Below, piece by piece: positions 1 to 9,976 of a stretch of 64,000 nucleotides of DNA; within the stretch, counting starts at the first letter, position 1; every line of letters begins with the position of its first letter. The position numbers and the translations under genes were made by a program. Source of the DNA: an uncultured Candidatus Binatia bacterium (GTDB taxonomy: Bacteria; Desulfobacterota; Binatia; UBA9968; JAJDTQ01); NCBI GenBank assembly GCA_965242525.1, contig OZ251459.1, positions 1,376,001 to 1,440,000 of the forward strand, read 5' to 3'. Under the pieces are notes generated by a model that ran no database searches, had not been told where the DNA came from, and worked only from the letters and a program-made list of their open reading frames with translations.

Positions 1-243
1 GTCCATGGTCAGCAGCGTCACCGACGGGTTGTCCGGGTCGAGAAGCCGCGCCAGCGCCCCGCGGCTCGTCCGCATGCGGCGCGCCATCTCGGACTTGCTG
101 ATACCTTCATCGCTCATACTCTGTTCGATCTGCCAAGCGAGCACTCTTTTGACGGCGATGGCGTGCACGTCCGCAAGGGTCCCGTCCTCTTCCAGCAACT
201 CATCCAACGCAGAGCCAAGGTAGGGGTTCGACTTCTTCGTCAT
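1..243 (-). CDS. XRE/HTH antitoxin (HigA-like), 3' end runs off the window
   Basis: Manual translation MTKKSNPYLGSALDELLEEDGTLADVHAIAVKRVLAWQIEQSMSDEGISKSEMARRMRTSRGALARLLDPDNPSVTLLTMD; the ATG overlaps the toxin stop codon (ATGA). Confidence 0.85.
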   Translation of the reverse strand, partial: MTKKSNPYLGSALDELLEEDGTLADVHAIAVKRVLAWQIEQSMSDEGISKSEMARRMRTSRGALARLLDPDNPSVTLLTMD

Positions 244-608
244 GTATCGGACTCCAGTTTGCGCTTCCGGTCGAGGGCCAGATCGATGTCGGCTTTCGGA
301 GTTCTGTCCGTCTTCTTGATGAATCCATGCAGCAGGACCATTTTGCCGTCATCGACACAGAAAAGGACACGAGAGACCCGATTGTCGAGACGGGTCCTGA
401 CTTCATGAAGACCGCGCCCAAGGGGTCTGCAGGTCGGCATTCCGATGGGCCAACCGAACTCGACCGTCTTGATGTCCGTCCCGATACGGAACCGGTCCTC
501 CTTGCCCAGGGACTTCAGCCACTCTCGAACCGGCTCCGTGCCGGTTTCGGAGCGGAAGAAAACCGCCTCGATGCGTTTCAGGCCACGGTCCACAGCGGAC
601 GGTATCAA
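240..608 (-). CDS. RelE/ParE (HigB/Gp49-like) toxin
   Basis: EPVREWLKSL...GWPIGMP.CRPLGRGLHEVR...LLHGFIKKT.RTP..DIDLA pattern; lies upstream of the HTH antitoxin; exact start uncertain. Confidence 0.88.
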   Translation of the reverse strand: MIPSAVDRGLKRIEAVFFRSETGTEPVREWLKSLGKEDRFRIGTDIKTVEFGWPIGMPTCRPLGRGLHEVRTRLDNRVSRVLFCVDDGKMVLLHGFIKKTDRTPKADIDLALDRKRKLESDT

Positions 609-725
609 AATTGGTCCAGTCCATCAACAGGAAGCACTTCGAGGAACTTCCTGCCTCCGTACGCCAAGCGCGTGGGAACCCGATATGGACGTTCCGAAGA
701 CGGACCCCGGTACGACCTCGACACG

Positions 726-1541
726 TCACCGCGGGCCACGGCGGTGAACTGGCATGGCAGGGACGGGGTAGAGTGCGTCCAGGGCCGCGGTGCGCAGGTC
801 ATAGGGGGGCCGGAACGCGGCCGTGGCCTCCATGAACGACCGGACCACCGGGGGAAGAGCGTCCTCGCAAGGCGACCCGTCTTCGACGGCGCGCCGGACT
901 CCGCTCGATGACTGGTCCCGCAGGCGGGAGGGAAGCGCGAGGGGATGGACCCGGTCCCGGTAAGGGGCGTTGTCGGGCCGTTCCAGAAGCGTTCGCAGTT
1001 CCTCGCCGCCCCAGGACTCCCGATTGGCGGCGATGAGCCGGGCGCAGGCGAACAGCGCGCCCAAGGCCTGGTCCCGGTGGTCGTAGTACCGGGGGTCGAA
1101 GATCTGGAGCACCTTGTCCATGCCCACGATGAACCAGAGGTCCGCGCCGAAGCAGGCGCCGAACGCGGGCGCCTGCTCGTAGTAGAGGCCCCGGTTCACC
1201 ACCGCGACGCCGGCCCAGGCGCGCTCCTCCGCCATCAGTGACAGGAGCAGCAGCCGGTCCTCCCGGCACAGCCCCTGCACCCGCTCCTTGTCGACGATGA
1301 CGCTGCTCAGGGAGAATACGACGCGGTCCAGGCGGAAACGGCGTCGGGCCGCGGCGGCCAACTCCATGTGGGCGACGGTGGGCGGATTGAACGAGCCCGG
1401 CAGGATGCCCACCCGGCCGCGGCCCGCACGGTCCGGGCCAGCCACCGGGACGGCCTTGGGAGAGGGGCTGTCCTCGACGCTTTCCAGCGCCTCCCGGAAA
1501 CGGAGGAGGCGCCGGACGTCCGAGAAGTCGTGCTGCGGCAA
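726..1541 (-). CDS. Nicotinate/nicotinamide-nucleotide adenylyltransferase-like protein (NadD family)
   Basis: GILPGSFNPPTVAH nucleotidyltransferase motif, FIVGMD and SSSGVR motifs. Confidence 0.75.
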   Translation of the reverse strand: MPQHDFSDVRRLLRFREALESVEDSPSPKAVPVAGPDRAGRGRVGILPGSFNPPTVAHMELAAAARRRFRLDRVVFSLSSVIVDKERVQGLCREDRLLLLSLMAEERAWAGVAVVNRGLYYEQAPAFGACFGADLWFIVGMDKVLQIFDPRYYDHRDQALGALFACARLIAANRESWGGEELRTLLERPDNAPYRDRVHPLALPSRLRDQSSSGVRRAVEDGSPCEDALPPVVRSFMEATAAFRPPYDLRTAALDALYPVPAMPVHRRGPR

Positions 1542-1547
1542 GCTCCC

Positions 1548-1697
1548 CTATTTCCAGATCCTGGGGCTTTCCTGCTCGGGGAAATAGAGGTCGCAGAAGG
1601 GGCAGTGGAACTCCATGCCCGACCCCAGCATGTGCGGGTTCACCACGAACTTCTCTTTCCTCTCGCAGGGACACGTCACTTCAACGGCCTGACCCAT
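1548..1697 (-). CDS. 49-aa Cys-rich (putative Zn-binding) microprotein downstream of ubiD
   Basis: Manual translation MGQAVEVTCPCERKEKFVVNPHMLGSGMEFHCPFCDLYFPEQESPRIWK; AAGGAG RBS upstream; fills the gap between ubiD and the nadD-like gene. Confidence 0.7.
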   Translation of the reverse strand: MGQAVEVTCPCERKEKFVVNPHMLGSGMEFHCPFCDLYFPEQESPRIWK

Positions 1698-1749
1698 GAG
1701 ACGCTCTCCTTTCGTTCCGTTCCGTCTGCAACCGTCGCCGCACCGGCCG

Positions 1750-3195
1750 CTAGGACCAGTAAGTGGTGCGGTCGATGGGGATGTGGGAGAGGATCTCCCC
1801 CGGTATGAAGTCCTCGACCTTGATCCGTTCCATGGCTTCTTCCGGCACCTTCGACACCGGGGAGAACGGACGGTCCAGCGGTCGGGTGGCGTCCACGATC
1901 ATGCCGGAGGTCTTGATCTCGTCCACCAGCGACGGGTCCAGGAAGTTGCCGCGGAACAGCGGCTGGAGGATCGAAACCTGGCGGTGCGGCTGCACCCGCG
2001 TGGCCAGCGCCCACAGGATGTCCGTGGGGTTATAGACGTTGATGTCGTCGTCGAAGACGAAGACGTTCTTGGTGTGGTCGAAGGTCAGGGCCGCGGCCGC
2101 AGCCCGGCCCGGGTCCCCTTCGGACAGCTTCTTCATGGAGATGAACACGTTGTAGTGGGCGTGCCGGCCCATCTTGCAGACCGCGGTGACTCCCGGCACC
2201 GCCTCCCGGCACCGCCTGAGGTAGGCGCCTTCCCGGGGCAGGTCCATCCAGGGCTTGTCGCCTTCCGGCGTGATGATGGACTGGAACATGGCGCCCTTGC
2301 GCCAGTTCATGGCGGTGACCTTGTACTCCACGCAGGTGGTGTAGCGCTGCGGACCCAGGTAGCCGGGGGCCTCCCCGAAGGGACCTTCCACCACCCGTTT
2401 GTTGGGTTGGAGCAGACCCTCGATGACCACTTCCGCGTCCGCGGGAATGAGGAAGTTGTCGCCCCAGGTGGACGACGGCGTGAGCCGCAGGGGCTCCTGC
2501 ATGTAGCCGCCGATGATCTCGAACTCGCTGACCTCGAACGGGCCGCTGTAGCACGCGCCCATGTGGTAGGCCGGGTGGTGCCCCAGGACCGTGGCCACCG
2601 GACACTCCAGGTCGTTGTCCTCGTAGTCCTTGAAGATCTTCCACAGGTGGCGCGGGGAGGCGTACAGGGCGGTGCTCTGCGGCGACTTCACCTCCATCCG
2701 GTGGTACGAGCAGTTGTAGATGCCCGAGGTCCGTTCCCTGGTGACCGTGGACATGACGATGTACGGGCCCCCGTCCATGTAGTGGTGCCGCATGATGGGG
2801 ATCTGGTAGATGTCCACGTCCTTGCCGGTCTGGACGTTCTCCATCACCGGCGCCTGGTCCCGCTCGACCACCACCGGCGCGATGCGGTGCTCCTCCCGCT
2901 CGAGACAGACGTCGGTCATGGCCTCGCGGCTCATGTTCCTGTCCACCCCCAGCGCCACCTGGGTCTTGCCCTGGGAGATCTCGCAGTTCATGGTCAACTT
3001 GATGTCGGACGGTTTTCCGTGGAGGTTCAAGGGGTTGTCGAACACCAGGATGGGGAACTTCCGCAACTCGTCGAGATGCTTGATGAGCGCGCTCACGTCG
3101 TAGTGGGCCGGGTCCAGCGGCTTGGTCACGTGGACCACTTCGTTGGGGATCTCGCGCCGGCAGTCTTCCAGAAACGACCCCAGGCTCTTGGGCAT
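1750..3195 (-). CDS. UbiD family (prFMN-dependent) decarboxylase
   Basis: DGGPYI, YNCSYHR, PADAEVVIEG, EGPFGE, VFDDDINVY, WALATR, LDPS motifs. Confidence 0.92.
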   Translation of the reverse strand: MPKSLGSFLEDCRREIPNEVVHVTKPLDPAHYDVSALIKHLDELRKFPILVFDNPLNLHGKPSDIKLTMNCEISQGKTQVALGVDRNMSREAMTDVCLEREEHRIAPVVVERDQAPVMENVQTGKDVDIYQIPIMRHHYMDGGPYIVMSTVTRERTSGIYNCSYHRMEVKSPQSTALYASPRHLWKIFKDYEDNDLECPVATVLGHHPAYHMGACYSGPFEVSEFEIIGGYMQEPLRLTPSSTWGDNFLIPADAEVVIEGLLQPNKRVVEGPFGEAPGYLGPQRYTTCVEYKVTAMNWRKGAMFQSIITPEGDKPWMDLPREGAYLRRCREAVPGVTAVCKMGRHAHYNVFISMKKLSEGDPGRAAAAALTFDHTKNVFVFDDDINVYNPTDILWALATRVQPHRQVSILQPLFRGNFLDPSLVDEIKTSGMIVDATRPLDRPFSPVSKVPEEAMERIKVEDFIPGEILSHIPIDRTTYWS

Positions 3196-3295
3196 GTGTC
3201 ACCTCTTTCGGGGGATGATCTCGGATTCTCCGAAAAATCCGGTTCTTAGCCAAAGCGCCGGAGTTTGTCAAACCGCCCGCGGCCGGGATTTCTGG

Positions 3296-3325
3296 TTGAC
3301 ACGGGGAGCCAACCCGCAATACAAG
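3296..3325 (+). promoter_or_regulatory. Putative sigma70 promoter for the tctC-tctA-tctB operon
   Basis: TTGACA-N18-TACAAG about 100 bp upstream of the tctC start. Confidence 0.35.
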
Positions 3326-3426
3326 GCCAACTGTCCGGCCGCGCGCCGGGCGCCCCGGATCACGGCCGACGCCGGCCGCGCCCGCGGGCAACCAACGGAG
3401 ATCGAAGAGACAGGAAGGAGCATTCC

Positions 3427-4500
3427 ATGAATGGACGTCCAGCCGCCGTTGCAGCCATCGCCCTGTGCCTCGCTTTCGGCGCCGCCCCCAAGGCCGCGGC
3501 CCAGGTCTCCTTCGAGGGCAAGACCGTCGCCATCCTGATCCCCTACTCGGTGGGCGGAGCCGCGGACATCATGGCGCGCCAGATGCTGCCCTTCATCGGG
3601 AAGCAGATACCGGGGAACCCCACCACCATCATCAAGAACATGCCCGGGGGCGGAGGCATCGTGGGCGAGAACTGGGTGTACAACTCCGCGCCCGCGGACG
3701 GCACCGTCATCGGGCAGTTCTCCACCTCGGTGACCGACAGCATCTTCAAGCCCGACAAGGTCAAGTTCGACCTGGACAAGCTGCAGTGGCTGGGGGGCGT
3801 GCGGGAGACCACCGTCACCTTCGTCAGCAAGGATCTGGGCATCACCCGGGGGAGCGAGCTGGCCGGACTCGACGAGAAACTCTTCTTCGGCACCACGTCG
3901 ATACAGAGCCCGCGCTCCATGCTGCCGCGGCTGCTCCTGAGGATCCTGGGAAAGGACCACAAGCTGGTGACGGGGTACGGCAGCAGCGGCGACATGCGCG
4001 CGGCCATCCGCCGGGGCGAACTGAACATGACCAACGACAGCCAGAGCGGCTACTTCGCCGCGGTCCTGCCCATGGTCCGGGAAGGCGCCGTAGTACCCAT
4101 CGCCCAAGAGGGAACGGTCCAGGACGGGAAGATCGTGAGGGACCCCCGTCTGCCCGACCTCCCCACCTATTACGAGATCGTCCTGGAGGCCAAGGGGGAG
4201 TCCATCCGGAAGCACCCGGATTACCGGGCCATGGAACTCCTGGCGTACCTGTCGGGGGTCCGCCGCGGCTGGGTCTATGCGGCGCGGGTGCCGAAGGACG
4301 TCTTCGCCTCCATGGCCGCGAGCTTCGACCGGTTCCTGAAGGACCCGGAGATGGCCGCCCACTTCGAGAAGGCCATCGGCTTCGAGCTGGTGTCGCTCAA
4401 CGCGCCGCAGGCCCAGGCCATCATCGACAGGGTGGTGGAGATCCGGCAGCGCGACCCGGAAGCCATCGAAGTCCTGAAGGCCATGGCGCAGAAGCCCTGA
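3427..4500 (+). CDS. tctC: Tripartite tricarboxylate transporter substrate-binding protein (TctC/Bug-like)
   Basis: Signal peptide; PYSVGGAADIMAR, NMPGGGG and GYGSSG motifs; GGAAGGAG RBS before the ATG at 3427. Confidence 0.88.
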   Translation: MNGRPAAVAAIALCLAFGAAPKAAAQVSFEGKTVAILIPYSVGGAADIMARQMLPFIGKQIPGNPTTIIKNMPGGGGIVGENWVYNSAPADGTVIGQFSTSVTDSIFKPDKVKFDLDKLQWLGGVRETTVTFVSKDLGITRGSELAGLDEKLFFGTTSIQSPRSMLPRLLLRILGKDHKLVTGYGSSGDMRAAIRRGELNMTNDSQSGYFAAVLPMVREGAVVPIAQEGTVQDGKIVRDPRLPDLPTYYEIVLEAKGESIRKHPDYRAMELLAYLSGVRRGWVYAARVPKDVFASMAASFDRFLKDPEMAAHFEKAIGFELVSLNAPQAQAIIDRVVEIRQRDPEAIEVLKAMAQKP

Positions 4501-4528
4501 GCGCTCCTGCCGCCCCCGCGTCCCCGTC

Positions 4529-6130
4529 GTGACCCTCAAGCGAAGCCTGGGCTGGCTCGCCCTCCTCGCGTTCCTCGCCGCGTGGATCTTCCTGGCCGAG
4601 GGCATGGCCGGGAAGATCGGCGCGGCCTCGCTGGAAGGCCTGTCCCGGGTGTTCTCCTGGCCGGCCTTCGGCTACCTGCTGCTGGGCAACGCCATCGGCT
4701 TTGCCGTGGGCATGCTGCCGGGTCTCGGGGGACCCGTGACCATGGCCCTCATGCTCGGGTTCGCGTTCCAACTGGAGATGGACGCGGTGGAGGCCTTCTC
4801 CTTCCTGCTCGGCATGATGGCCGTGACCGCCACCACCGGCGACATCACCTCCATACTCTTCGGAATCCCCGGCGAGGGCTCCACCGCCTCCACCATCGTG
4901 GAAGGCCATCCCATGGCCAAGAAGGGGGAGGCCGGACGGGCCCTGGGCGCGTCGCTCATGAGCTCGCTCATGGGCGCGCTCATCGGCGCGGGCGCCATCG
5001 CCGCGGCCATCCCCGTGGTCACCCCGCTGGTGCTCGCCCTGGGCACGCCGGAGTTCTTCATGCTCACGGTGGCGGGGGTCACCTTCGTGGGCGCCCTGAG
5101 CGGCGGCAGCGTGGTCAAGGGACTGGCCGCGGGCGGCCTGGGCTTCCTCTTCTCGCTGGTGGGCCTGGACCCGCAGACCGCCACCGAGCGCTACACCTTC
5201 GGCTTCCTCTACCTGTGGGGGGGCGGCGAGACCGGGGGCGCGGGCATCGGGCTGGTGCCGGCCACGGTGGGGCTGTTCGCCATTCCCGAGATCATCGACC
5301 TCGCCGCCAAGGGGGGCAGCATCGCCCAGGTCCACGCGGGCAGGCTCGGGGGCGTGCTCCGGGGGGTCGGGGACGCGCTGCGCCACTGGCGGCTGGTGGT
5401 CCGGTGCAGCGCGGTGGGCGCCTACATCGGCGTCATCCCCGGCATGGGCGGACCCGTGTCCCAATGGGTGGCCTACGCCCTGGCCATGCAGTCGTCGGGC
5501 AAGCAGGACCGGGTGGGGACCGGGGTCATCGAGGGGGTGGTGGGGCCCGGCGCGGCCAACAACTCGACCCTGGGCGGCGCGCTCATACCCACCATCGCCT
5601 TCGGCATCCCGGGCAACGTCACCACCGCCATCCTGCTGGGGGCGTTCCTCGTCCTGGGCCTGCGCCCCGGCACCTCCATGCTGACCCGGGACCTGGACGT
5701 GACCTTCTCGCTGATCTGGGTCCTGGTGGTGTCCAACGTCATCACGGTCTCGGTCTGCTTCCTCTTCCTGAACCAGTTGGCGCGCCTCACCCGCATCAAG
5801 GGCACGCTGCTGATACCGCCGCTGCTGCTGTTCATCTACCTGGGCTCCTACACCCACACCAACAGCTTCGGCGACATCCTCGTCACCTTGGCCTTCGGCG
5901 CCCTGGGCTGGCTCATGGTGGTGTTCGACTGGTCCCGGCCCGCCCTCCTGCTGGGACTGGTGCTGGGCCGGCTGGCCGACAACTACCTCTGGATCAGCTA
6001 CTCGCGCTACGACTTCGGCTTCCTCGCGCGGCCCGGAGTCCTGGTCATCCTGTGCCTCATCCTGGCCAGCGTCTTCTACCCCGCGGCGCGCAGCCGCTTC
6101 CGCCGCCGGACCCCCGAGCCTGCGCCATGA
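4529..6130 (+). CDS. tctA: Tripartite tricarboxylate transporter permease TctA
   Basis: GMLPGLG, GIPGEGS, GHPMAKKGEAGRAL, GLFAIPE, AANNS and GIPG motifs. Confidence 0.93.
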   Translation: MTLKRSLGWLALLAFLAAWIFLAEGMAGKIGAASLEGLSRVFSWPAFGYLLLGNAIGFAVGMLPGLGGPVTMALMLGFAFQLEMDAVEAFSFLLGMMAVTATTGDITSILFGIPGEGSTASTIVEGHPMAKKGEAGRALGASLMSSLMGALIGAGAIAAAIPVVTPLVLALGTPEFFMLTVAGVTFVGALSGGSVVKGLAAGGLGFLFSLVGLDPQTATERYTFGFLYLWGGGETGGAGIGLVPATVGLFAIPEIIDLAAKGGSIAQVHAGRLGGVLRGVGDALRHWRLVVRCSAVGAYIGVIPGMGGPVSQWVAYALAMQSSGKQDRVGTGVIEGVVGPGAANNSTLGGALIPTIAFGIPGNVTTAILLGAFLVLGLRPGTSMLTRDLDVTFSLIWVLVVSNVITVSVCFLFLNQLARLTRIKGTLLIPPLLLFIYLGSYTHTNSFGDILVTLAFGALGWLMVVFDWSRPALLLGLVLGRLADNYLWISYSRYDFGFLARPGVLVILCLILASVFYPAARSRFRRRTPEPAP

Positions 6131-6696
6131 GTTCCCGCGGCCCCTCCATGGTCTTCACCGGCGCGTTGCTCGCGCTCACCGCCTGGGCCCTGTGGGAAGC
6201 CCGCGGGTGGCCCGTCCAGGCAAGCCTCATGGCCTGGCTCATCGGCCTGCCCACGGCCGCGCTGCTGGCGCTCCAACTCGCCCGCGAGATCCTGGGAAGG
6301 GCGGACCGGGCCGACCCCGCTTCGGGCGGCGAGGAAGGCTTCCTCCCCGCGGGGGCCGCGGGTCCCGGCGCCGCGGCGGCCGCGGACCCGGCCGAGGAAC
6401 GCCGCCGGACCGCGGCCATCATCGGCTGGGTCCTGGGCTTCGCCGCGGCCATCTGGCTGGCGGGTTTCCAGTTCGGGGTCGCGTTGGCGACGCTGCTCTA
6501 CCTCAGGAGCGCCGGCGAGGGCTGGCTCACCGCGGGGGGCGTCACCGCGGGCGTGCTGGCCGCGGTGGTGCTGGTGTTCGACTGCGGCATGCACGTCTTC
6601 TTTGCCGAGGGAAAGCTCCTGATCTGGACCGGGCTGGGCGCGGGCCCGGTCTTCACGAGCTTCTGCCGCGAGGTCTCGACCATCTTCGGAGGGTGA
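6127..6696 (+). CDS. tctB: Tripartite tricarboxylate transporter TctB family protein
   Basis: Four to five hydrophobic segments; ATGA overlap with the tctA stop; this is the real part of ORF 4582..6696. Confidence 0.8.
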   Translation: MSSRGPSMVFTGALLALTAWALWEARGWPVQASLMAWLIGLPTAALLALQLAREILGRADRADPASGGEEGFLPAGAAGPGAAAAADPAEERRRTAAIIGWVLGFAAAIWLAGFQFGVALATLLYLRSAGEGWLTAGGVTAGVLAAVVLVFDCGMHVFFAEGKLLIWTGLGAGPVFTSFCREVSTIFGG

Positions 6697-6702
6697 CCGC
6701 GG

Positions 6703-7791
6703 CTACAGTGCGTAGAGTTCCCTGGCGTTGTCGCTCAGGATCTTCCGCTTCTGCTCCGCGCTGATGTCGTCGTTGCGGTTGAAGACCGTGAACGCGTCCA
6801 CCTCGCTGGAGGCGTCCGTGTGGCCGTAGTCCGTGCCGATGACGATGTTGTCCTCTCCCGCGTACTTCAGCACGTAGGGGAAGTCGTCGTCGGTCTGGGC
6901 CGACACGTAGATGCGGAACTCCTTCATGGGGTTTTCGGGGTAGTCCCTGCCCGCGGACCTGCGCAGCGTCTCGTTGACCACCCAGGGCACCCACTGGGCG
7001 GACGATTCGATGAACCCCCAGCGCAGCTTCGGAAAGACCCTGGGGACCTCGCTCATCATCAGCGTGAAGCAGGTGGACACCGTGGGGATGCGGAAGACCG
7101 GAAGACCGCCGCCCGAGTCGTAGCGGGGCCGGAACTGGGTGGCGAGCCTGGGACTGCCGTTGGCGATGTGGATGCCCATCATCATGTCCAGGCGCATGGC
7201 CTCGTCGAACACCGGATAGAAGTAGGGGTCCACCAGGTGCCGGTCGCCTTCGAAGGGCCGCAGGCACACGCCCACCGCGCCGTTCTCCCTGGCGAAGCGG
7301 ATCTGCTCCAAGGCTTCGCCCAGGGTCATGGCGGGCACCACGCACACCCAGCGGAGCCGCCCGCCGCCCTGCTTCCACACGTCCGCCATCCAGCGGTTCC
7401 AACTGGCGCACAGGGCCACCTCGGCGTCTGCGTGGTCGGTGACCTGCTCGATCCACAGGGTGTTGTACATGACCTGGACGTCGATGCCGAGCTTGTCGAG
7501 GTGGTCCACGCGCAACTGGACGTCCTGGAGCTCCCGGGCCTCCTGGGGCGTCTGCATCTGCCTTCCGGCCTTGGCCGAGACTTCGTCGAGCTGCTGCTCG
7601 CTCAGGGTCTGGAAGCGGAACCCCAGCACCTTTCCGTCCATGACCCAGTACTGGGTCGTGGGGTCTTCGGGAGAACCGAAGAGCTGCGGCCGGAACTTCT
7701 TCTCCGACGCCTCCAGGTAGTCCCACGTCCTCTCGGTCTCCACTACGTGGGCGTCCGCGTCCACCACCAGGGTCTTGCCGTTGCCGGACAT
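6703..7791 (-). CDS. Amidohydrolase family protein (amidohydro_2, decarboxylase/hydratase-like)
   Basis: VDADAH metal motif, DPYFYP, GTDYGHTD; AAAGGAG RBS. Confidence 0.88.
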   Translation of the reverse strand: MSGNGKTLVVDADAHVVETERTWDYLEASEKKFRPQLFGSPEDPTTQYWVMDGKVLGFRFQTLSEQQLDEVSAKAGRQMQTPQEARELQDVQLRVDHLDKLGIDVQVMYNTLWIEQVTDHADAEVALCASWNRWMADVWKQGGGRLRWVCVVPAMTLGEALEQIRFARENGAVGVCLRPFEGDRHLVDPYFYPVFDEAMRLDMMMGIHIANGSPRLATQFRPRYDSGGGLPVFRIPTVSTCFTLMMSEVPRVFPKLRWGFIESSAQWVPWVVNETLRRSAGRDYPENPMKEFRIYVSAQTDDDFPYVLKYAGEDNIVIGTDYGHTDASSEVDAFTVFNRNDDISAEQKRKILSDNARELYAL

Positions 7792-8001
7792 GGTCGTTCT
7801 CCTTTCGCGGGTCGGTTTGTCTCCTCCGCGGATTTCCCCTAGACTCGGAAGCGGTATCGCGCAACGCTCCGCACGGGAACGGGCGGCCCCGCCTCGGCCT
7901 TCATCGGAGCCGCGGGCGCGGACGGACGGCCGCAGCACGTCGCCGGCCCGTCCCGGTCATCCATCGTTCCAGTAGTAGCGAACCGCGGGATCGAGTGTCA
8001 A

Positions 8002-8111
8002 GGAAAGTCTGATCAATTCCGGCTCGAACTCCCTTTCCCTGCGAGAAAGCGCGTCCTTCGACTCCGCTTCGCTACGCTCAGGACGAACGGGGGTAATCGT
8101 TCAGGGTTTCC
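8002..8111 (+). mobile_element. MITE-A copy (TIR-bounded, REP-like core)
   Basis: Ends GGAAAGTCTGATCAAT ... ATCGTTCAGGGTTTCC; core GCGCGTCCTTCGACTCCGCTTCGCTACGCTCAGGACGAACGG. Confidence 0.75.
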
Positions 8112-8328
8112 TCGAGACGTTCCGGCGCATCCGCTATCCGGGCGGGTCCGCCCGAGCACCGGAAGCGGGCGGCGGCCTACCGCGGTCCTGCCGGCTCGAC
8201 ACAGCGTTCCTCCGGCAGGAAGGATGCCCGCCTTCGGCGCACGGCGCAAGGCGGAGCCGGCGCGACACGAGCGCAAGGGCGCGGCCCGCCCTTGCGCAGC
8301 GGCGTTGCACGCGAGCACGTATCGAACC

Positions 8329-9075
8329 ATGCGATATGCCGTTGTCATCCTGGCCCTCGCGCTGGTTTCGGCGCTGGTCATCGGAAGCTCCGGCGCCTGG
8401 AACAGGGACTGGCGCACGGCCAGCCGCGCGAGCTCGGGCATCGCCCCGGACCCGCAACGGACCGGGGAGGCGGTGGTGCAGGTGTACGCCGCCCGCGCCT
8501 TCAACTGGCGCGGACTCTTCGGCGTGCATACCTGGATCGCGGCCAAGGACGCGGGCGCGGACGCCTACGTGGTCTATCAGGTGGTGGGCTGGCGCGCGTT
8601 GCGCAACCTGCCGGTGGTAGTGGTGCGAAGGGACGTCCCCGACCGGCTCTGGTTCGACAGCCGCCCCAAGGTCATGGCGGACCTGCGGGGCGCCGCGGCC
8701 GAACGCGCCATCCCGGAAATCCGCAAGGCCGCGGCGAGCTATCCCTACGCGGAGACCTACCGGCTGTGGCCCGGTCCCAACAGCAACACCTTCACGGGCT
8801 ACGTGGCCCGCAGGGTGCCGGAGCTCGGAGCCGCGCTGCCCTCCAACGCCCTGGGCAAGGATTACCTCGACGGGGGGCGGTTCCTGGCCCCCGCCCCCAG
8901 CCGGACCGGCTGGCAGCTATCCATCTACGGCGTGCTGGGCCTGACCCTGGCGGTCCAGGAAGGGCTGGAGCTCAACGTCCTCGGACTGGTCTTCGGCATC
9001 GACTTGGCCCGGCCCGCCCTCAAGCTCCCGCTGGTGGGCCGCCTGGGACTCAGCCGGGACTTGGCGGAAGGATGA
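8329..9075 (+). CDS. DUF3750-like protein
   Basis: DWRTASR.SSGIAPDP, VVQVYAAR...WRG.FGVHTWI, YRLWPGPNSNTF and GLELNVLGLVFGID patterns; N-terminal hydrophobic segment. Confidence 0.8.
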   Translation: MRYAVVILALALVSALVIGSSGAWNRDWRTASRASSGIAPDPQRTGEAVVQVYAARAFNWRGLFGVHTWIAAKDAGADAYVVYQVVGWRALRNLPVVVVRRDVPDRLWFDSRPKVMADLRGAAAERAIPEIRKAAASYPYAETYRLWPGPNSNTFTGYVARRVPELGAALPSNALGKDYLDGGRFLAPAPSRTGWQLSIYGVLGLTLAVQEGLELNVLGLVFGIDLARPALKLPLVGRLGLSRDLAEG

Positions 9076-9118
9076 ACCACGGTCGCCCGCACGCCGCGGC
9101 CGGGACCGTCACGCGCCC

Positions 9119-9976
9119 ATGACGTCCCAGTTCCTGGCCCTGGTGACGTCGGTGTTCTACGCCGGCTGCTTTCTGGCCACCCGCCGCGGCATGATCTACT
9201 CCACGCCCACCACCGCGGCCTACGTGGCCTTGAGCGTCAACACCGTGATCCTGTGGACGGTGGTCTTCCTCACCCGCGGCGTGCCCGCGGTCCCCCTCCT
9301 GGCCACCGCCTGCTTCGTGGCCGGCGGCCTGATCCAGCTCGGCACCCGCCTGTTCGCCTACAACGGGGTGGCGCGCCTCGGGGCCAGCGTCACCAGCACC
9401 GTCCAGGCCACCAACCCCCTTTTCGGCACGGCCCTCGCGGTCGTCTTCCTGCACGAGACGCTGACCCCGTTCCTGCTCTTCGGCACGGGTTCGGTGGTGT
9501 TCGGCATCGTCCTGCTCTCTTGGAGGTCCCAGCCGCAACAGGCCTACCGGACCTGGGAGCTGGTCTTCCCCCTGGGCGCCGCGGTCACCGCCGGGCTGAA
9601 CCACCCCATCCGCCGCTACGGCCTCACCCTCGCCAACGAACCCCTGTTCCTCAGCGCCGTCATGGGCGCCGCAGCGCTCGCCCCCATGCTGCTCAACCTC
9701 CTGAACCCGCGAGCCCGAAGGGATCTGGCGCTGGACCGCCGCGCCCTTCCCTGGTTCCTCGCCACCGGGGTCTTCGAGGCGGTGGGGATCTGGTCACTGG
9801 TGGCCGCGCTGGGCATCGGCCAAGTGGTGGTGGTGGGACCCATCGTGTGCATCGCCCCCCTGTGGGTGCTCCTGGGCACACTGCTCTTCTCCCGGGACAT
9901 CGAGCAGGTGAACCTCCGCACCGGCGTCGCCACCCTGTTCGTGATCACCGGCGTGGCGTGCATCTACGTGGCGTGA
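9119..9976 (+). CDS. DMT/EamA family transporter
   Basis: About 10 TM segments in two repeats; 285 aa. Confidence 0.85.
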   Translation: MTSQFLALVTSVFYAGCFLATRRGMIYSTPTTAAYVALSVNTVILWTVVFLTRGVPAVPLLATACFVAGGLIQLGTRLFAYNGVARLGASVTSTVQATNPLFGTALAVVFLHETLTPFLLFGTGSVVFGIVLLSWRSQPQQAYRTWELVFPLGAAVTAGLNHPIRRYGLTLANEPLFLSAVMGAAALAPMLLNLLNPRARRDLALDRRALPWFLATGVFEAVGIWSLVAALGIGQVVVVGPIVCIAPLWVLLGTLLFSRDIEQVNLRTGVATLFVITGVACIYVA

